A DNA stretch of 64,000 bases from Lobosporangium transversale (lineage: Eukaryota): contig NW_019028993.1 of NCBI RefSeq assembly GCF_002105155.1, positions 310,001-374,000 on the forward strand. The letters are read 5' to 3'. Numbering within the stretch: the first letter of the stretch is position 1; every line of letters starts with the position of its first letter. Below are positions 55,301 to 64,000 of the stretch, in pieces. The position numbers were made by a program, and so were the translations under genes. The notes beneath the pieces are model-generated. The model was not told where the DNA came from and did no database searches. It saw only the letters and a list, made by a program, of their open reading frames with translations.

Positions 55301-57608
55301 CAGAAACCCCGTCGCTGGAGATAGACGATCCTATCGGGTCGCGGGTCACGGATTCACTGATGTTGGGCGATGAGCCTGTTCATGTGGAGGCTATGTCTTG
55401 GTCATCGCATCCTGAATTCAAGGCACGCCCTCCAATGCGTATTACCTGTTTGACTATTGGAAGTCGAGGTGATGTGCAACCTTATATTGCTCTTTGCAAA
55501 AGATTGATGAAAGACGGCCATAAGTGTCGCATCTCAACTCATGGTGAATACAAGGATTGGATCGAAGGCCATGGTATTGAGTTTGGCTTGGTCGGAGTAA
55601 GTTTTTCCTTTCACTACTTTATACAGATTTTCTTGGACTTTGGATTAAGGAAAGGGCGAATACTTATTTTTTTTTTTATTTTTTTATTTTTTTATTTTTT
55701 TTGGATTCGAACCAATAGGGTGATCCAGGTGAGCTTATTGAGCTATGTGTGGAGAATGGCATGTTTACAGTGTCATTTATTCGCGAAGGCCTCAAACGAT
55801 TCCGCGGCTGGTTGGATGAGCTTATGGTGTCGGCTTGGGAAGCTTGCCAAGGCAGTGATGTCCTGATTGAATCACCATCTGCCATGGCTGGCATTCACAT
55901 TGCTGAGAAGCTCGACATTCCATATTTCCGAGCTTTTCCTTTCCCATGGACACGTACTCGTGCGTTTCCACATCCATTTGCTGTTCCTGAACACAACCTT
56001 GGCCGATCTTATAACTATATGACTTACGTAATGATTGAGCAAGTCTTCTGGAAAGGTATCTCTGGACAAATCAATCGCTGGCGCAAAGAAACACTCGGTC
56101 TCGGGCCCACCAGTTTAGAAAAGATGGATGCTCATCATGTCCCTAGCTTATACTCTTGGAGTCCAAATGTTGTACCAGCGCCTATGGACTGGCCTTCATG
56201 GATCCACGTCACAGGCTATTGGTTTTTGGACAATCCAGACCTTTCATGGACACCACCTGAAGACCTTGTTGCGTTTTTGAATGCAGAACCTGAGAAGAAG
56301 CCTGTGTATATTGGCTTTGGGTCCATGGTGGTGGCTGATCCTGATGGTATGACTAAAGCTATCATTGAGGCTGTTGTCAAATCTGGGGTCCGAGCCATCA
56401 TTTCAAAAGGATGGTCGGATCGTGTGACAGCTCAGGATGGTGCCGCGGGTGCTGCCAAGAAGGCAGCTAGTGAGGAGATTGTCTATCCAACTTGCATCTA
56501 CATGCTCAAATCTGTGCCTCACGACTGGTTGTTCCCTCAATTGGCAGGTTGTGTTCATCATGGAGGCGCGGGTACGGCTGCAGCCGGATTGCGGGCTGGT
56601 ATTCCAACAGTGATCAAGCCCTTCTTTGGTGATCAATACTTTTGGGCGCAACGTTTGGAGGAAGCTGGAGTTGGTGTGTGGTGCCACGATTTGACAGTCA
56701 AGAAGCTCACATCAGCCCTTATTACGATTACAACAGATGAAAAGATGATCAGGAAGGCAAAGTTGATTGGCGAAAAAATCCGTAAAGAGGATGGTGTTGG
56801 TGAGGCTATCAAGTACTTTTATCATGATTTAGATCTTGCAAAGCAGAGACTCAATAAGCGCAAGGAGAAGTCGGATGACATACCTGTTAGCTTCAGAGTT
56901 GAGGAAGCGAAGGATGAGGAAGACTGGTGTGTTGTGCAACAGTCTATCTCCAGTGGAGCCAACTCTGCAGGCGAAGGATCCGAGAGCACCGCAGGCCTCA
57001 ATGTCTTGTCTGGAAGTGAGGAAGACATAATTTCACCTCCACCAGAGAGTTCGACACCGCAGCTAGCAGCATTCATATCGGGATCAAACCGACGACGTTC
57101 GATATCGGGATCAAATCTTGAACCGCTTTCACATCTTCCACGGTCAGCTGCCTCAGAACCTGGTCCGGATCGCAATACTGAGTTATTGATACACAACAAT
57201 GTCACTGCAGAAGAAATGGCGGCTAGACTTGAGGCAGCGCAGGGACATAGCAAAAGTCCAGTACCATTCTTCTCAAAAGCGTTTGGACTGAGCGAAGGTT
57301 CACAAGACAAGGGCAAGGATAAAGACAAGGAGAGCAAGGCGGCGAAGAGGACGTCGACCGCGCGCAAGGTGATAGAGTCGTTGACAACCAAAGCAACACA
57401 TATGACTGGGTATTTTAACCAAAGCAGTGGGTCTTCGGGCGCGGCGCCACCCTCATCATTATTGGTAGTTGGTTCTTCGCGGTTATCCCTGGAACAAGAG
57501 CGTGGTGAAGCTATCTACAGAAGCAGCAGTGGCAGTGGTAGTGGCCCTAACAGTGTAACAGGTGGTGAACGACCAGTCTCTACCAAGTCACACAAGTCAA
57601 TAGCATGA
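52354..57608 (+). CDS. ATG26: Sterol 3-beta-glucosyltransferase with GRAM/PH domains (UGT51/Atg26), multi-exon
   Basis: PH (RHWFVLKNDVLSYY), GRAM (YGRIYVSENYVCF), LTIGSRGDVQPYIAL, LIESPSAMAGIHIAE, VPHDWLFP, HHGGAGT, KPFFGDQYFW. Start exon at 52354 is less certain. Confidence 0.95.
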
Positions 57609-59201
57609 TTTGCCCGGTCGCTAAAAGGGAATAAATGTCAGACATAGCTATAAGAAGGAAAAAAAAAAAAAAAAAAAAAAAGGCTACAGACGAAACATGT
57701 CATTGCAAAAAAGTCCTTAGAAGGCGATATTTCCCAAACAATCATACAGCTATACATAAATCTTAATAGTAAACAAGGAGGGCAATAAAGCGGGAGGAAC
57801 CATGGAACTCCTATTTTATTTGTATTCAATATTTGAAGATGAACTCACATTGTTGATGAGAGAATGGATTTTAGTATCACCCGCAATCACAATGGAAACT
57901 CCATTTCGCTTTCACAATATATCACTTCGAGTGACTTCGCCAATACTATAGTGTGCGCAGGTGAGGTCCAGTCGTTCTTGGATGCCGCTCTTCTTGCGGC
58001 TATTAGATACAAGCATGTCAACTCATACAAATCATGGTGTACCAGAAACAGGTGAAAATAAAAATAAAAATAAATTGACGACCTTTTTTCTTTTTTTCCT
58101 TTTTTTTTTTTTTTTTTTTTTTTTCCTTTTTTTTTTTTTTTTGAATCTGAAGAAAAAAAACCCAAGGCGGTTGATAATTTTCAGGACGCGCCGATAATAT
58201 CACAAGGTCCCATGGCTAGTTATGATAAATTTCTCCATCCTTTTCGGTTAATTTTTTAACTTTACTTTGGACAATTTATTTTAGAGATTGGAACAGTTCA
58301 AATAAAAAATAGAATCGGATAGAGTTAATTTTAAAGTACATGTAGATAAAACGATTAAAACGCTGTATAATTGTCGTCCTAGCACCCAGCTAAACATTCT
58401 ACTGTGCCATGGTTCCTCTGCAACACTTCTTTACACGAAACCATTGGGAACCCTTAGGCTCGTCACCGGCCTGAGGACGAAGTTCATGTGCACATGCAGG
58501 TGCTGAAAGGCAAATGTGATTTGCTCTTGCAGACACTTCTCTCTCAGGCAGGGACCAAACTTGACTTTTTGGCTGGAGTGATAAGTTGCAACAGCTAAAC
58601 TTTTGTTATTAAATTAAAGGATTTCTATGGCAACACTAAAATTGCTAAAACAGATGCAACCTCAACCAAGGGTTTTTTTTTTTTTTTTTTTTTGTGAGAA
58701 AGCAATGAAGGGTGACTATGGTTGGCATCTTTTATTTTATGCATGTGTGTATACAAAACTGATATGTGTTTGGATGTGCATTATCCTTTCTGTAGCTGTG
58801 TGTAATCAAGCTTTTATTGATGCTCGAGATTCTAGAATAAATGGTGAAGGATGTCTGAGGTAGCAGTGCATCGCAGAGCACTTGGTCAAGCAGGCTTCTC
58901 AAAAATCGCCGCTGCTTCACTTCCAGCTTATCTCACTGTCTCCAACCCAGATACAGCATGTAGAAAATGGACTAATAATAATGGGGAGTTGATCTGACAA
59001 TTAATATGCCTCGAAGAATCGATAAAACATACAAGTCCTGAAGTCTCCTCACTCACAACTCACAACTGAAGATTCATGCAGAGGATTCTTTTTTCTGTTT
59101 TATATTTTCATCCTACATCCTATGAAGCAAGCTTATTCTAATTATGCTATCTCTTTATTTTTACTGATATATAGTTTAAAGATCCATTTCATGACTTTTG
59201 G

Positions 59202-59259
59202 TTACTTGACTTCGACTTTGTAATCATCTGGACTTGGACTCAATTGCGACTGTTGTTGT

Positions 59260-59290
<31 letters not shown>

Positions 59291-62200
59291 TTTGAGGCGT
59301 CAGAGGCGCAACAGAAGCCATGACAGGCGAAGGAACTGCAGATGAAACACTGTTATTATCTGGGATCAATGAAATATGCGATGGTGATGGCGAAGGAACG
59401 CCTGATGATACGGGATAAACATTGCCACCATGATCACTATGAACTGATTCAGCAGTAGATGGTGTACGTTGATGATGCTGGTACTGTTGCTGTTGTCGTT
59501 TTTGCTGCTGCTGTTGCTGGTAATATCTCAAGTCATCATCTGTAATCTGGGGAGGGGCCATACCTGGCAAGTTCCAGCCCAAGGGTGCAATTCCAATACT
59601 GCTCTGAGCGCTGGCATTGCTTCCAACAGACGAAACCGAGCTTTGACGCTGATGCTGTTGTTCACGAAGTTGCTGATGATATAGTTGATACTGCTGTTGC
59701 TGATATTCCTGTTCATAGGGAGTGTAGAAAAAGTCCTGAAGTTGCTGTCGCTGTTGCTGAATATACTGGTGATGCTGTTGCTGTTGCGGGTACTGTTGGT
59801 TGGAGTATTGCTGCTGGTGCTGGGGCTGAGGAGAGGAGCCAGAGGAGCCAGTATGTGACCCTGATAGTCGATTCTTTTGTTTAGATGCTTGAGGGACATA
59901 TGCTGTTGAGGGCTTGTAGTTAGGAGTTTGGTAGTTACTGCCCACACGACTATGAGTCTGAGCGGGTGATGCAGTATAAATCGAACTATGAGGCGTCTGT
60001 GGCGAGCCGTGTCCTTGATATCCCTGTAGCTGCTGATTCATGGCCTGAGGAGAGCTCTGGAGTTGAAGGTACTGTAGCTCGGGAGAGAGACCATACGCAG
60101 CCATTTGTTGCTGTTGGTGCTGTTGCTGTTGCTGTTGCTTCAAAAGTATCTTTTGTTGGCGAATCTCTTCCAGTGAGGGCACCTGAGGCATTGGCACATA
60201 CGGCACAGACATGTCTGATGCTGTGGTGTTGGATCTAGTAGTTGAGGCAGAAGGCATCGACGAAGTGTCGGTTGGGACGCGACCGTCGTCGCCCATGCTC
60301 TCATACGTCTTCTCGGGTTCGGATCCCATGCTTTCATACGTCTTCTCGGGCTCAGGTCCCATACTTTCCAGAGGTCTCTCGGGTTCACGACCTAAACTTT
60401 CAAGTACCTTTGTCTGGCTTGCAGATTTCTTTTTGGATGCTCCATGATCGCCCTCACCCATAGTTTCTACAACGTCTGTGGAGTTAGCTAGTTCTTCAGG
60501 TCCTTGTAGATCTACTGTTGACGTTTCAGACGTTGTGTCATCGCTGTCGTCATCATCCTCATCACCTTCACCTGGAACCCAAGGACGAGGTCCTTGTTGA
60601 GAAACTTTATTGCCTTCGGGTTCAGCTGCCTGAGGTCCACGGACAATACGCTGCGGTTTCGAAGCCTTGGGTGTTTCCAGGGCCTGTTCTGATTCTCCGT
60701 CTGTTGCACTCTTTTCTGTGTCGACAGAAACATTTGAGCCAGCAGTTTTCTTGGATTTTCTTCTGGAGCCAGGACGGACAACTACGACAGGTGCTAAGCC
60801 ATCTGTTTCAGGGCCTCTGGGCTGTCTCTTTGCAATCTTAGTAGACCTTTTAGGAGCGATATCGCCCATCACAAACCGGATTTCCTCTGCACTGAGTTGA
60901 AGATCTCCGTTATCGCTCTGGACCTGGGGTTTCGTGGATTCTGTAAGGCTGAGCTCAAGAGCCTGTTTCAACTCGAGTTTTTCCAGACGACGAAGTGTCT
61001 CAGCCTCGGAAGCAGAGGTGTCATTTTTCATCATCTCTTCAAGTTTTTTGAGCTGGATACTGGCCAAAGCCTCAGTGGCTTCAGCAGCCCAATCTGAAGG
61101 AGCAGGTCCTGGTGGAGTCGATGTTGAGCCCTTGTTCTTGTTTGGAGTAAGAGTAAGTTTTGGCACGAGCGTTGACCCAAAGGACGCGACATTAAGATGG
61201 GTTTCTGGCGTTGGCACTTTGGGGGTTTCTTCTTTTTCTTCTTCCTCCGCCTCAACTGGCTCCTCCTTTGCTTTTACTTGGTGCGCTGCGACCTCAGGTT
61301 TAGGTTCTGGTTCGGATTCAGATTCAGATTCAGATTCAACTTCAGACTCATTTTCAGATTCAGATTCAGGTGTAGATGTGACTTCTACCGGTGCTGGTGC
61401 TGGTGCTGGTGCTGGTGCTGGTGCTGGTTCTGGTTCTGGTTCTGATGCTGGTGCTGGTGCTGGTTCTGATGCTGATGTTGGGGGTGATTTGAGTGCAACT
61501 TCGACTTCAGGCTTTTTTGACTTTACGCTTTGTTCTTGCAAAAGTAAGACGCTATCATCGGATGTCGACAGTGCTACCGACGGTTTGCTCTTGAGTGGAG
61601 TGGAAGGGGCAGGTACAAATTCTTCATCATTATCAGAAGCGTCCGAGTCTAAGTGTGTGTTCGAGGGCGTTGCTGAGACAGCGAGCGAAAGTACACTGCT
61701 GGCGATAGAAGATTGAGTGGATGATCTGGGAGGATGGGGAGGAGGTGGATGAACGACTATTGGATGCGGTTCGACCATGACTAGTTTATCCCAGTTTTCA
61801 AGCGCAATACGAGCAGACTGAAGGATATCCTCCGTCTTGCGATCTAAACCCAAGAAAGAAAGAAAAAAAAGAACTTTATCAGCATTTTCCATTGCTTCCA
61901 TTGCTTCCATTAGGAAATAAAAAAAGGAGAGCCAACAAAAGACCACGAGGTAAAAGTTTGCTGTTCTCTCAGTTTTTTTTATATGTTTTTACCATCGTTC
62001 TGACCATTTGGTAAGTCAATATGCTCCAACAACTGTTTGCCATGTTCTCCAATGATCTGCATCTTTTTGCCGAGCTCAATGATAGCGTTCAATTGTTCAG
62101 TATATGCACCCTTGATGAGTTCTCGTTTCAACTTCTGTAATTTTGTCTCTGTGGGTGCACTATCCCTTTGAATGTCATCCAGTTCCTTTTGTAACAACAT

Positions 62201-62797
62201 GGCCTTTGCCGAGCGCAAACGACTCTTCGATGCATCCAAGATCTTGTTCTGGAGTTCGACTTGACGACGGCCCATTTCACAAAGTGAATCGTCCTTTGTC
62301 CGCAGATATTTGACCTTTTCACGGAACGATTCATATTGGGTTCCAAACCGGATTTCATAGTCACTGATCTTTCGGATGAGTAGGTTGAGCTTCAATAGAA
62401 CATCACCAAGGTCTTCAGTCTGTAAGATTAAAAAAAGAAAAAAAAAAAAAAAAAAATCATTCACACGCAAAAACAAGGTGTCAGTGCTCGTGTCGTATTG
62501 TGCACCATTACTAACGCCATCACCATTCGCCATTCCCATCTACATCCCTCTTTCAAAGCCCATCACCTATTCATTTGACAATCCTTTGTACATTTATATT
62601 TACAAACATTTATCCCCCTTTACCTGAGCTTTGCTCCAAACCATCATATGCTTGCACTCCTCAACACGGACTTTGGAGACAACAGCAAGACTGTCGATCA
62701 ATCGACGTTGCTCGCCTATTGCGTTTGTCAATGGACTGAGAAATGATCCAGCGGCACGACGTGCACTCTCCTGAAGATGGGAACCTAGATAATCCAT
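59202..62797 (-). CDS. Pil1/Lsp1-like eisosome BAR domain plus long low-complexity tail; exons 62797-62624, 62419-61993, 61843-59202
   Basis: WSKAQTEDLGDVLLKLNLLI..YESFREKVKYLR..KRELIKGAYTEQLNAIIELGKKMQIIGEHGKQLLEHID aligns by eye with the Pil1 domain; introns in phase. Confidence 0.75.
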
Positions 62798-63308
62798 CGT
62801 TCCTGTGTTACTATTATTATTTGGTTTTTTTCTTATTTGTTCTCTTTCCTTCTACAATAAAAAAAAAAAAGTTGAAACGCTTTGTTGAAAAAAAAAGTGG
62901 AAAAAGTAAGAAAAAAAAACGAGAGGCGAGTATCAAGTATCAAGAAGGAAGGAAATAAAAAGTGTGAGAAGAAAAGAGAAGAAAGTAAAAGAGCAATTCA
63001 GGCCCAATTCAGGCCAAGGGCTTTTTTTTTTTTTTTTTTTTTTCCATGCAGTGGAGTTTTTAGGCGGGCTGTGCCTTCGCCTCTTGGCTTGGCTCATGTC
63101 AGCAAATCACAGAACACAGAAAATCTTTTTTCTGCTCAGCTGGCTCAGGAGTTTCTCCCAATTCCCCAAGCCAAAGTGTCAAATTTTAAAAAAAGAAACA
63201 TTTGTAAGCCAAGATCATCATCATCTATAATTAATAAACACTTTATTTTCGTTCAGATTTTGAATATTCATGTAGATCGAATAAATAAATAATAAAACGC
63301 CTTTTTTT

Positions 63309-64000
63309 TTAGACGTCACCAGGTTGGAACTTGAGACTGATGCTATTGACGCAATGACGTTCATCAGTTGGATTTCCAAAGCCTTCACCCTTAAACACAT
63401 GGCCCAAGTGACCTCCGCAGGCATTGCAGACAATCTCCACGCGATGGCCATCTGGATCAGGGTGTCGACCCACAGCACCTAAAGAAAAAAATAAAAGAAT
63501 GTAAGTTTTATATTACTTAATATTTTATTCACCTTTCTGGTCCACAAACTAATTAGAAAAAAAAAAAAAAAAAAAAAAAACTTACCAGGAATGGCATCGT
63601 AGAATGAACACCATCCACAAGCATCAAACTTGGTTCCAGAAGTGTATAAAGGAGTTTGACATCCTGCACATCGATAAACACCTTCTTCTCTAGTCTTGGT
63701 GTATTCACCCGAATAGGGCATCTCTGTACCCTTCTGACGAAGTACTCGGAATTGTTCAGGCGTGAGAACGGCACGCCATTCTTCCTCTGTCTTTTGTTGG
63801 GTCATTTTTTCCTTTTGAAACTGTTGAGACGCCGGAATGGCAGTCGAAAACGAAGATGTAGAGTTGCCCGTGGTGGCTGACTTTTTATTGAAAGAAGAAG
63901 AAGTAAAAGGTTGCGATCGGCTCGAGAACCAAGAATAAGTCCGCTGTTGTTGTTGAGGAGAATAGATCCCTGAGATACTTTTTTTTTGTCTTGAGAATCG
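63309..64000 (-). CDS. MXR2: Methionine-R-sulfoxide reductase MsrB; exons (>=63805)-63586 and 63478-63309; frame stays open to window end
   Basis: [57 protein letters not shown]. Confidence 0.95.

Noticed and set aside
57864..59000. Short ORFs and splice-like sites between ATG26 and the Pil1-like gene
   Set aside because: Cannot be assembled into a gene and no homology is recognised.
60934..61716. 260-aa + strand S/G/A-rich ORF (and similar antisense ORFs over ADH, CsbD and ATG26)
   Set aside because: Antisense shadows of real coding sequence.

Overview
Intron-containing, AT-rich fungal genomic DNA with very frequent 20-30 nt A/T homopolymers; the gene families suggest an early-diverging fungus, probably Mortierellaceae (inference). 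Conserved genes are PRO3, a Zn2Cys6 factor, an aquaporin, an NADP-dependent ADH, two CsbD-like paralogs, an F-BAR/RhoGAP, SNF1, SDS22, ATG26/UGT51, a Pil1/Lsp1-like protein and MsrB. They flank an ~11 kb accessory island (~20-31 kb) holding a disrupted PD-(D/E)XK nuclease-like gene, a decayed 28S rRNA 3' fragment, and the best candidate for a new system. That candidate is a two-exon gene for a 247-aa secreted precursor with 15 copies of an HI(K/R)IPP core, mostly separated by acidic spacers and with no KEX2 dibasic sites. It lies between degenerate inverted repeats together with a young 1.04 kb foldback element. Decayed remnants resembling Crinkler-type effectors (~1.3-2.6 kb) and a Fanzor/TnpB-like gene (~48.5-49.4 kb) are also visible. 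Exon models and family assignments were made by eye and from recalled motifs, without database searches.
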